This document shows positions 52,556-64,000 of a stretch of 64,000 nucleotides of DNA, piece after piece. Each line of letters begins with the position of its first letter. Within the stretch, counting starts at the first letter, position 1. Origin of the DNA: Octopus sinensis (lineage: Eukaryota); contig NC_042999.1 of NCBI RefSeq assembly GCF_006345805.1, forward strand, positions 154,008,001 to 154,072,000. Reading direction: 5' to 3'. The notes below the pieces were generated by a model. It saw only the letters and a list, made by a program, of their open reading frames with translations, was not told where the DNA came from and did not search any database. The position numbers and the translations under genes are program-made.

Positions 52556-53144
52556 AGAGAGGGAAGTGAACTTCCATATTATAATCAGACACACGCATGC
52601 ACGAAAACAATGGATTCAGTTTCCTTATACCAAGTTTCATTCTCAAGGAATTGGTTGAACATCAAAGGCTACAACTGCATAAGATACTTGCCCAAGATGC
52701 CAGCCACACTGTGGGATTGAACCTGGGACCATTCAGGTGCTAGATCAGATACTAATCAACCTATGAAGCTGTAAAAGTACCTTTGCTTTTGTTTCAGTTT
52801 TAGGTCATCACTAGGCTAAATGCTAATCAACCATTCAAAAGCCATATGTCACTAGACTACACAATATGGTGACACCTAACACTCCTTTCACTGTCTGGAG
52901 GTTTCTAGAACAGACTGGGTTTATCTGAAATGCACTTTTATCATTACTGTGGCCTCGTGGTTAGAGTGTTGAACTGACAGAGGGATACAGGTTCAGTTCC
53001 CGGGACAAGTGTTACATTGTATTGTTGAGCAAGGCATTCACCCCACTTAACTACAGTCTATTCTGCTGAAAATCACGACAAGCATAGCCCTGTTCCCTAA
53101 AATTGGACAGGTGTTGCTAAATATTCTACATTATCGTCTACCTT

Positions 53145-53390
53145 TAATTTTGGTGGTGCACTTGGAGGTGTCAGCACTCAACTGCCAACACAGCTGAGGG
53201 AAACTGATGCAATAGTGAAGGTGGAACACCTGAAAATGTCGGCACTGCTCGGAACTGCAAGAGTTCTTTGTGTGGTTCTTGAAGCATGACCGGTAGGCGA
53301 GTGTCACTTCGGTCTGCTGGCTGTGGACAGCTGAAACTTTCGATCATATGCAACAAGGCGAGCTGTGAGTTTTCATCATATAATAATAAT
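53145..53390 (+). mobile_element. 3' fragment of an R4/Dong-like (restriction-like endonuclease) LINE
   Basis: Translates as GALGGVSTQLPTQLRE...KVEHLKMSALLGTARVLCVVLEA* (stop 53287-53289), resembling the GALG...LLGTARILRxVL C-terminus. It ends in (TAA)n at about 53380-53390. Confidence 0.7.
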
Positions 53391-56300
53391 TATTATGCAT
53401 GCTTGAGAGGAAGACCCATGAAGCTGAACAAAATCATAGTCGTTGCAGATACCAGTGTCACACAAATTGGTATGTAAAAGCACCCCAGTGTCACATAAAT
53501 GGTACTCATGTCGGTGGTACGTCAAAGCACCCATTATACTCTTGGAGTGGTTGGCGTTAGGTAGGGCATCCAGCCATAGAAAACCATGCCAAATCAGAAT
53601 GGAGTCTGGTGCAGCCTTCCAGCTTACCAGCTCTAGTCAAACTGTCCAGTCTATACCAGCATGGACAATGGACGTTAAATGACGATGAGGAGGAATCTTA
53701 CACTTGTAGATAAATACACCCATAAATCTCATTTCTAATCATTTAAATCATCATCATTTGGTTCCCACTTTCCATGCTGGCACGAGTTGCACAGTTTCAC
53801 AGCAGGTGTTGCACAAGGTTCCAGTCATCTGTTTTGGCATGGTTTTTATGGATGGATGCCCTTCCTGACACCAACCACATCACAGAGTTTACTGGGAGCT
53901 TTTTATGTGGTGCCAGCACAGCTGCTTTCATATGTTCCACTGGCATGGATGCTTTGTATGTGGCACTCACACATATTTTATTTTATAAGGAGCTTTTATA
54001 TATCTGCTAAAGAATCTAATATAAAAATTCAATAATTCATGAGAGGAAAACAGCAATTATTAGTTTTCCATAGAGATATCACATTTTTTGTTGAACTTAT
54101 TACGCTATGTCACTAGGCTACACAATATGGTGACACCTAACATTTCTTTCACTGTCAGAGGTTTCTAGAACAGACTGGATTTCGCGGAAATGTACTTTTA
54201 TCATTTACTGTGGCCACATGGTTAGATTGTTCAGCTGACCAGAGGGGCACAAGTTCACTTCCTAGAACAAGTATTGTGTTGTATTTCAAAAATGATTTTT
54301 AACATGGCAGGATTATTTCAGTTTCCATGTGCCAAATCCACTCATAAGGTTGGAGTAGAAGACACTTGCCTGCGGTGTCATGCTGTGAGACTGAACTACA
54401 AACTCTATGGTTTGGAAACAAACTTCTTCACCACCCAGCCATGCATGCATCTTGGGTCTTGAAAACATTAATTACTACTCTTCAAATTTAGAGAGATTTT
54501 CCTCATCCTTGGTGTTTCTGCCAAGGCAGAGATGATTACATCTGCTTGCAATGACATGAGCCTGTAAAACAATTAGCAAAAGCATGTTGCTACATACCAC
54601 CAGGTCATACTTGCTTCAGAATGACAGGTATGGTCTAGGGGGACATTAACTACATGGTAATCGCGTTCTAGCAATTACTGGGAATGAAATAATTCAAAGA
54701 CATTCAATATAAACTAACACAAAACAAGTAACCAATTCAAAACAGATAATGGCTTCAAATGTTGGCCCAAGGTCAGCAATTTTGGGGGAGTGTGTAAAAT
54801 ACATTGGCACTAGAAGGATGAAAAGAAAGTCGACCTTTGTGAAATTAGAACTCAGAATGTACAGAGACAAAATGACACTAAGCATTTTGTCCAGCACATT
54901 ATTAATAACTGTTTCTCTCATTGGTCTCAAATACATTCTTATAACATCTACAAATATTTTATTATAGATTGCTGAATGGTTGGTGTTAGGAAGGATAGCC
55001 AGCTGTAAAAATCCTGCCAAAACAGTCACAGAAGTTTGGTGCAGGCTTCTGCCTGGCTAGCTCACTGAAACCATCCCACCCATGCTAGCACGGAAGGCAG
55101 ATGTTAAACGGTGAAGAAGATTTTTGTTTACTAATACTTACAATTTTCATCTCAAGTATAACAGGATCGATTGTGTGGTTAACAAGTTTGTTTCCCAACC
55201 ACATAGATGCATTTTCAGTTCAGTCCCACTGAGCAGAACCTAGGACAAACATCAACCATAGCCTGGGCCAGCCAAAGTCTTACAAGTGAATGTGGGAGAA
55301 GGAAGTTGAAAAAAGCTCATTGTGCATGTGTGCCTGTCAACACTATCTAACAACCATCTTCCATTCTGGCTTGGGGCGGACGACTTGACAGGATCCAACA
55401 AGCCAGAGAACTACTTTGAGCTGATGTCTGCTTTGGCACTTTCAACACCAACCGCTTTACGGAGAGTATAGGGTGCTTTTTCAGGGCACCAGCATTAGTG
55501 AGGTTGCTAAGTAACTTGCAAGACAAAGAAGAAACCCCATCCACTGAGAGGGGTTGCAGTGTCGTCGTTCATCGTTTAATGTCTGCTTTCCATGCTAGCA
55601 TGGGTTGGACACTTTGACTGAGGTCTGGCGAACCAGATGGCTGTACCAGACTCCAATCTGATCTGGCAGAGTTTCCACAGCTGGATGCCCTTCCTAATGC
55701 CAACCACTCCAAGAGTGTAGTGGGTGCTTTTACATGCCACTGGCACGAGAGCCAGTCAGGCAGTACTGGCAACAGCCACGCTCAAACGGTGCTTTTTATG
55801 TGCCACCTGCACAGGAGCCAGTCCAGTGGCACTGGCAACGACCTCGCTCGATGCGTGTATTATTGTCTCTTAGTTACAAGCAAGCATCATTGCCACACAT
55901 GCAGTGTCTGTTTCCAGTCTTCCATAAACACATCTGGCTATGGAGATCTATTAACTGGCATGGAAACAAATAAGGATTGGTGGCAAGAAAGGAATATGAC
56001 GATAGTAAATCTGCCTCAACAAATTCTGTCCAGCCCATCTGAGTACAGAAAAATCAATATTAAACGACAATGACGATGAATGTAATTTCAAACACCATAT
56101 GTTGCCCATTGCAACTAAACTATCTCCTTGCTTCAATTAATTCCATCTCACATCTATTTAAACTGTGATCAAAGAATGGCGAGAGGATAGGCAAGTTGCT
56201 TCATAGAAAATTTGATGTGATGAAGAGTTCTTTGGTAGTGGTTCATTGTAAAGGCAGACTAGTTGTTATCCAACCAAAAAGAGAGATTTGTAAACAAGAA

Positions 56301-59300
56301 CAAGAACTAGTAAATTACAATTTCTTTCAATGTATCAAATTAAGGGTTGTTCTTTCATATTTTGCTTTATTCCCAGGAGATAACATAAAATGAATATTTA
56401 ATTTTGATTTTCTTATCTTTGCTGTTTTTTAATTATAAAATAGTAATTAATGTTTTCAAAACCCAGATCATGGCTAGGTGGCGGGGAAGTTTGCTTCCAA
56501 ACCACAGAGTTTCTAGTTCAGTCTCACAGCAAGGCACTGCAGGCAAGTATCTTCTACTCCAAACTTGTGAGTGGATTTGGCAAATGGAAACTGAAAGAAG
56601 CCTGCCATGTAAAAAGTACCCGGTGCCATGTAAAAAATACCCAATACATGCTGTAACGTTATTGGTGTTAAGAAAGGCATCTCGGCATAGACACCATGTC
56701 AAAACAGACAATTGGAGCCTGGTGCAGCTCCCGTTGAACCATCCAACCCATGCCAGCATAGAAAGCAGATGTATGATGATGATGATATGTGTGTGTGTGT
56801 GTGTGTGCATATGTGTTTGAGTCCCTTCTCCTGAGACAGCATGATTGTTGTGAATAAGCATCACTATCATATAAACAGTGCCTCTCATTTTCAGCCTTTC
56901 ATGCAAACATGTCCAGCTAAGAGGAAATAACGTTTCGCTGGAATACAGTTGACAGTTTGTGACAGGAAGAGCACCCAGCTACAGAAAAATCTTCCTCAAT
57001 AAACTCGGTTCCATGCAAGCAAAAAAATTTAAAGATGCAGGCAGATGTTTAAAAATGGTGATAATGACGAATGACCTGAATGTATTAATATTGCAACAAA
57101 CAATAACCCTGGAGTTGCAACAAAAAAAAAAAAAAACAGACACAATCTTATATGTTGCTGTGAAACACAGATGTTAAAAAATATAACAGATATAATCATA
57201 TCTACCAAATATCATAGAATCTGACATTGCTTTGGTTAAATTTACTGCCACTAGTAAGCATGGTACTTATTTTATCGACTCGGAAAGGATGAAAGGCAAA
57301 AATCGACCTCGGTAGAATTTGAACTCAGAACATAAAAACAGACGAAATACTGCTAAGCATTTTGCCCAGCATGCTACCAATTCTGCCAGCCCGTTGCCTT
57401 AATTATCATTATTATGAAGGTGGCAAGTTAGTAAAATCGTTAGCACACCAGACAAAATTCTTAGCAGTATTTTGTCTGTCTTTACGTTCTGAGTTCAAAT
57501 TCCACCAAGGTCAACTTTGCCTTTCAGGGTCAATGAAATAAGTACCAGTTATTTAATGGGGTTGGTATAATTAACTAGCCCCCTACCAAAAAGAAAAATT
57601 TGAAGGATTTGTGCCTAGAGTAGAAATAATAATAAATATTATTAGTAGTAGTAGTAGTAGCAGCAGCAGTAGTAGTAAGGGGGAAAGCTGGCAGAATCAT
57701 CAGCATGTTGGACAAAATGCACAGCAGTATTTCACCCGTCTTTATGTTCTGAGTTCAAGTTCCGCCAAGGTCAACTTTGCCTTTCATCCTTTCAGGGTCA
57801 ATTAAATAAGCACAAGTTGAACACTGGGGTCAATGTAATCGACTCATCCCCTCCCCCAAAATGGCTGCCCTTGTGGCAAAATTTTAAACCGTTATCGCTT
57901 TTATTAGTATACCAATGAAACACTGGGGTCAATGTAATCAATTCGTCCCCTCTCCTTAAATTTCAGGCCTTGTGCCTTTACTAGAAAGGATTATTATTAT
58001 TATTTAAGTATTGATTAGTTTACACTGAATCACCTTGAGACGTTGGCAAAATCAAAAACAAAAATAAATACAAACAACAAAATTTCACTAAACCAAACAG
58101 TATTTCTTGCATGAGTGATTCCATTATGTCTGAGACTGCCAGAAACTGTTGGAAATCATCGTTGCATGTTCAGGAAACAACTTGTCATGGTTTACCATCT
58201 TCCAGCTGCTTGGATTAATGCTAACGGAATCTTCAATATTCAGAAAGTACAGTTTATGACATAACTGCCAATCTCGTTTTGGCATTATGGCAATCAGGTT
58301 CATTCTAAAGGATATCGGTTTGTCTATGCCATACAGTGGGATGCAGGTGTGACTATGTGGTAAGAAGCTTGCTTCCCATACACATGGTCTCTGGTTCAGT
58401 CCTACTGTGTGGCACCTTGGACAAATGTTTACTTATAGCCCCAGGTCAACCAAAGCCTTGAGTGGGGTGGGATTCGGTAGACAGAAACTGAAAACATTCC
58501 GTGTGTGCATGTGTGTGTGTGTGTACCCTTGTCCTACCATTATGTGATGGTTGTTAATGATTGTCACCATCAGGCAAAAGTTTTCCATGTCTGGCAATGG
58601 GGGAAACATCCCCTTAGCTTGTAAACTGGTGAGGGTTAACAACAGGAAGGGTATCTAGCTGTAGAAAAGCTACCTCAACGAATGCTGTCCAACCTATGCA
58701 AAGCATGTAAAAGTGGACATTACAATTATGATGATATTGATGGCAAAAATACTAACATACTGTCAATCCAACATGATACATCATCATCATTTAGCATCCA
58801 TCTTCCATGCTGCCATGGGTTGGACGGTTCGACAGGAACTGATAAACTGGAGAGCTGGCCAGGCTCCAGTTGTCTGTTCTGGTATGCTGCTATGAGTAGA
58901 TGCGCTTCCTAATGCCAATCACTTTACAGTGCATACCAGGTGCCTTTTGTGTGGCACCAACACCAGTGCTTTCAATATGGCGTCAGCACAGGTGTTTTTT
59001 AGCATGGCACTAGTACAGGTGTTTTTTAAGAGTAAAATGCTCACTTCACAATCATGAGTTGCCAGGTTCAACCCCACAGTTTGTCATCGCAGGTAAAGCT
59101 TTCGGAGATGAAACTGGGTAGATGGAAAGTGTGTGGAAGACTCCAGAATGGATTGTACCTGTAATCCAAAAGGTACATTTTTGTCACACACAGTGTCATG
59201 CTAATTTTATCTGAGAGACATTAACAGACCACATGTCTATGGAATACTCAGTCACATCATCATCATTTAATGTCCATCGTCCATGCTGGCATAGGTTATA

Positions 59301-60271
59301 TGGCTGGATGCTCTTCCTAACGCCATCTACTCTGAGTGTAATGGGTGCTTTTATGTGCCACCGGCATTGTACTTGTGGCGACATTCACCCTGGGCGGCTT
59401 TTATGTGCTACAAGCATGGGTGCCATTTGCATGACACTGGGGAGCTTTTACGTGCTACCAGCACAGGTATCAATTTGCATGACACCAGTATCTGCCACTA
59501 CTGTGATTTTGCTCGGCTTGATGGCTCTTCTTCTCAAGCACAACATAATACCAAAGACCTCGGTCATTGCCTCCGTGAGGCCCAACGCTAGAAAGTAACT
59601 CAGCCACTTTGCCTCCGTAAGGCCCAATGCTCAAAAGGTGTTTAAATATTTGTTAATTCAGAAGCAGATAATTCAGTAAGTCAAACAACCAAATGATTAT
59701 TGTTGAACAATTGGGATCTATTCAAACTTAGTTACACACCAAAGGAATGTTTTAAAAAGTAGTAATTTGTTTTTGTTTTTTTGTTTTTTTGTTGTTTATG
59801 TGGCTGCATGGCTGTGGGATAAGACGTTTACTTCCCAACTGAATGGTTCTGGATTCAGTCCCACTCCATGGTGCTTTGGGCAAGTGTCTTCTTCGAAAGA
59901 TTCAGGTCAACCAAGGTCACGTTAGTGGATTTGGTAAATGGAAACTGAAAGAAGCCCATCATCTGCATGTATGTGTGTGTGCTTGTATATATCCTTCACC
60001 ATCGTGTGACAACCAGTGTTGATGCGTTTATGTCCCTGCAACTAAGCAGTTCATCAAAAGAAACCTATAAAATAAGTACTAGGCTGAATACACAAAAAGA
60101 ACTGGGATCGATTCATTTGACTAAAAGGTCATATGTTCTGCAAAGGTCATATGCGCTGCCCCAGTATGGCCACCATCTTATGACTGAAATAAGTAAAAGA
60201 TAAGAAAATAAAAGATAATAGATGTAAATAATTAATAAGATAGTCTGGGAAGGACAGTGGAGGTCATGGTA

Positions 60272-61063
60272 GAGCATATGACCTTTGAAGAACATATGAC
60301 CTTTGCAGAGCAAATGACCTTTGCAGAGCATATGACCTTTGCAGAGCATATGACCTTTGCAGAGCATATGACCTTTGCAGAGCATATGACCTTTGCAGAG
60401 CAAATGACCTTTGCAGAGCAAATGACCTTTGAAGAGCAAATGACCTTTGAAGAGCAAATGACCTTTGAAGAGCAAATGACCTTTGAAGAGCAAATGACCT
60501 TTGAAGAGCAAATGACCTTTGAAGAGCAAATGACCTTTGAAGAGCAAATGACCTTTGCAGAACATATGACCTTTGCAGAGCATTTGACATTTCCAGAGCA
60601 TTTGACCTTTGCAGAGCATATGACCTTTGCAGAGCATATGACCTTTGCAGAGCATATGACCTTTGCAGAGCATATGACCTTTGCAGAGCATATGACCTTT
60701 GCAGAGCAAATGACCTTTGCAGAGCAAATGACCTTTGAAGAGCAAATGACCTTTGAAGAGCAAATGACCTTTGAAGAGCAAATGACCTTTGAAGAGCAAA
60801 TGACCTTTGAAGAGCAAATGACCTTTGAAGAGCAAATGACCTTTGCAGAACATATGACCTTTGCAGAGCATTTGACATTTCCAGAGCATTTGACATTTCC
60901 AGAGCATTTGACCTTTGCAGAGCATTTGACCTTTGCAGAGCATATGACCTTTGCAGAACATATGACCTTTGCAGAACATATGACCATTGCTGAACATATG
61001 ACCTTTGCTGAACATATGACCTTTACAGAACATTTGACCTTTACATAACATTTGACCTTGAAG
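60272..61063. repeat. 18-bp minisatellite, 43 full units, GAGCA(T/A)ATGACCTTTG(C/A)A, with a duplicated higher-order block
   Basis: Read directly from the sequence; the 263-aa plus-strand ORF contains 43 six-codon units. Confidence 0.97.
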
Positions 61064-61207
61064 CAGACTGTAGACTCATGTGCCTAATGTTCAGTTTGGA
61101 CATCCTTAGGGTGACATCAGGAGGAAATGTCAAGGGGAAAATGTGAGGGGTGATAAACAGTAAGAGTGACAGGAGGAAGGAGATGAGTGGAGACAGTGTA
61201 CACCAAC

Positions 61208-61228
61208 CTGCTTCAGAAGGTGGGGGGG
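61208..61228 (-). CDS. Candidate 21-nt microexon (phase 1 to 1): PPPSEA
   Basis: Long pyrimidine tract gtttcttgtccttgtttctcttgttgc then ctgtcag; donor CAG|gttggt. In frame between the 85-nt and 107-nt exons. Confidence 0.3.
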
Positions 61229-61551
61229 CTGACAGAAGCTATTATAGCAACAAGAGAAACAAGGACAAGAAACAGCATGTCTATCTGTGATCCTGTAGCT
61301 AAAGTGTGTTGGTCGATGACTGGCTAATTTCCAAGTAGTTGAATAACTTGACTAAATCAGACACTGATATGAAAAGGTGTAAAACCAGAGACTTCGAAAG
61401 AAGTGGCGATCAATGATGTGGAAGCTATACAGAATGAAAATGGCATGTAAAGATTTCTGGGAATGGTAAACTAGCTTATTAGGTTAGGAGAAAGAACAGA
61501 ACAGACTTGTGAATGAGAACAGTTGTAGGAGAGAAACGAACAATAACTTAC

Positions 61552-61636
61552 TTGAGCTGTAACTGTCGGTTGAAGACTGGGAAACAGAACGACTACGTAT
61601 CCGAGGACGCTGCGGGGTCAGGTTGTATTTGATTTC
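61552..61636 (-). CDS. Internal coding exon (85 nt, phase 0 to 1) of an unidentified gene: EIKYNLTPQRPRIRSRSVSQSSTDSYSS
   Basis: Minus strand has acceptor ctttttttaattttatatttgcag and donor gtaagt. Only one frame is open. The sequence is CpG-rich relative to its flanks and encodes two overlapping RxRxxS motifs. Confidence 0.8.
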
Positions 61637-62009
61637 CTGCAAATATAAAATTAAAAAAAGCCAATTCATGGGGTGCACAATAAAGTGTAGGTATGCTACC
61701 TTCACCCACCAAAATAATAATAAAAATAATAATTCAATTGGTGCACATAGAACAGCAGAATTCTAAACAATAGTGTGTGTATTCATTCTTTGTTGATTCT
61801 TATAAACAGGAGCTTGTGCTCTTGTCAGAATTATAATCCAGTAGGGTAACTTTGACTGAGAAGACAAAACGAAGTTGAAACTGTGGTGTTTCAAAGTGTT
61901 CTTAAACTTGTCGACCAGCAAATTACATGTTTTATGAATAAACATCAACTAAAGAGAAATAGTGTTTCCCAGTGGTGAAAAACAACAAATGATCAGACAT
62001 CTGTATTTG

Positions 62010-62176
62010 AATAAGAGCAAAAAGAATTTTTCTTTGCCAATATACTGAAAAATAGACACTAAATCACAAAATATTTTCATTTATATATTACAAGTGAAAA
62101 TATTTTATGTGGTTAGATGATTTAGCATCTATTTTTCAGCATATTGGCAAAGAAAAATTCTTCCTTTTGCCCTTAT
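62010..62176. repeat. AT-rich inverted repeat (fold-back), about 170 bp
   Basis: 45-bp arms 62022-62066 and 62118-62162 with 3 mismatches, inner AAAATATTTTCA/TGAAAATATTTT and outer AATAAG.GCAAAA pairing. Confidence 0.88.
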
Positions 62177-62528
62177 TTATAATTGTATTTGTTCACCTTA
62201 AAGGGTATTTTTCATATGCTGGCCACAGACCAAATTTTTAAATAAAATCTATCCCTATATTAGAAGTGTGTGTGTAGTGGAGGCACGATGGCCCAGTGGT
62301 TAGGGCAGCTTGTAGGATCATAGTTTTGATTCCCAGACCAGGGATTGTGTTCATTGAGCAAAAACACCTAAAGCCCCACAAGGTTCTGGGAGAGGGGTGG
62401 GGTTAACCCTGCCGTACCCTTTCACCACAATTTTCTCTCACACTTTTTCTGTTGTACCTGTATTTCAAAGTGCCAGCCGTGTCACACTGTGTCACGCTAA
62501 AGTAACAATGGATGGAAACCTCTGCTTC

Positions 62529-62572
<44 letters not shown>

Positions 62573-64000
62573 ATGTGCATGTGTGTGAGATCATCATCAT
62601 CTAACATCCAATTTTCCATGCCTGTATGGATCACAAAGAATATGTTGAAGTAGATTTTCTGTGGCTGAATATCCTTCCTGTTGCAAACCCTTATCTATTA
62701 ACAAACAAGGTGATATCGCCCTATAGCCAGGCAGGTCTTACACAGAAGACTGGAAATTAACAACTTTAGTTGCATGGCGATACCAATTTACAACCAATAT
62801 GTGATATCTAGACAAGCGTACACACACACACATAGGGAAAGGGCACTTTTAGGTTTGTCTTCCAAATCCACCCAAAACACTTTGCTCAGCCCAGGGCTAT
62901 AGTAAAAGACACTTAAAGGAAGTCCAAATATTTATCTATCTACATATGTATATATGCTTGAGAGTGTTTGTGTCTCTTGGTCTTGACATCATGATTGTTG
63001 TAAATTAATGCCATTTATTCCCAATATTCTGTGAAAACACACCAAGCATTGGAGAAATATTACCTTGTTGTAAACAAGCAAGGATTAAAAATAGAAAGTG
63101 CATCCAGCCATAGAGAATCTACTTCAATAAATTTCATGGTTAAAAGTGATCTGATTAAATCTTTCCCCTAAAATTTTGTGTTAATTTATGTTCCAAACAC
63201 CAACTTAATAATGACAAAAGTTATTTGACTAAATTCTTTATTATTTTCAATTTTGACTGAAAGAAAAAGCATTGTATTTCAATAGAAACAAGGCAATGAC
63301 AAAGTAGTTAAATTACTCCTTACAGAAGCTTCACCTATTGCCAGGAGAGGTGTAAGTCAACTCAAATATTGTCTGTCAAAATGTATAGATGTTATGAAGT
63401 GTAGATGAAAAGTAAAGGTCAATTCTATCAGGATTTGAACTCAAAAGGTAAATGGAAAAAAAACAAAGAACTACTATATCTGCACTGCTGCAATCTTTAA
63501 TAATTTCTTCAATGAAAAATGCTTTATACAACACAGCCCCAAATGAATAGAAAATTGAACAAGAATTTCACTTGATAACATGATACATTTACTCATAATC
63601 TTTAACAAATCTGAACTCAATAAAAACATAAAAGAAACTTAAATAATTTCACAAGAGTATGTACACCAAGAGCTTTCAAAGTAGTGTATACACACCGATG
63701 GGGATGGGTGAGTAAAACCATTGGAGTATACAGGATTGAATTTGATAGTCTGTACCTAGAAGTAACTGGAGAACAAAAATTGCAGTTTCCTGTAGACTAG
63801 TTAGCTAATATCATACAGCTTAGCAGAAAGCCTGACATGTTGTTTCCATATGTCTCATTTAAGCTATACAAATCATTTAAATAAATGGTCTGCACCGAAA
63901 GCATTCAAATCATTTTGAAAAACAGTAAACATTCCAAGTTTTCTGCAACTGTTAAACTTATTCCATTAGTTTATTTTACAAGTGTGTATATAATGGAACT

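Noticed and set aside
58145-58330. Minus-strand open frame of about 70 codons
   Set aside because: No recognisable motif, and the best splice sites give an incompatible phase.
60113-61051. 312-, 251-, 263- and 210-aa ORFs as real proteins
   Set aside because: All are readings of one 18-bp tandem unit. There are no splice signals or non-repetitive domains, and overlapping frames on both strands argue for an artefact.

Overview
Eukaryotic, AT-rich, repeat-dense DNA. The repeat families match what I recall from octopod cephalopods, but this is not verified. There are no prokaryotic features, CRISPR arrays or true RNA genes. The window appears to be mostly intronic sequence of one minus-strand gene, seen only as small phase-compatible exons: 61552-61636, 51599-51705, 51507-51535, 22806-22856 and 10446-10505, plus weaker candidates and possible microexons. 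I cannot identify the protein. Mobile DNA includes a 2.1 kb 5'-truncated RTE-type LINE with a PHD-like finger and two frameshifts, many copies of its 3' UTR, three tRNA-headed SINE families, TTAA-flanked piggyBac-type MITEs, TA-flanked Tc1/pogo-type MITEs, and R4/Dong and CR1-group LINE ends. The most notable observations are: (1) several unrelated (TA)n-embedded short elements that each carry a type I hammerhead ribozyme fold with a palindromic stem III, one nearly intact at 35171-35250; (2) a 43-unit 18-bp minisatellite carrying about 39 perfect AAAGGTCA (NBRE) nuclear-receptor sites, with an inverted two-unit copy inside a neighbouring SINE; (3) an inverted SINE pair tightly bracketing two exons; and (4) several long fold-back palindromes. 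Almost all ORFs in the supplied track are repeat artefacts. All exon, ribozyme and domain calls were made by eye.
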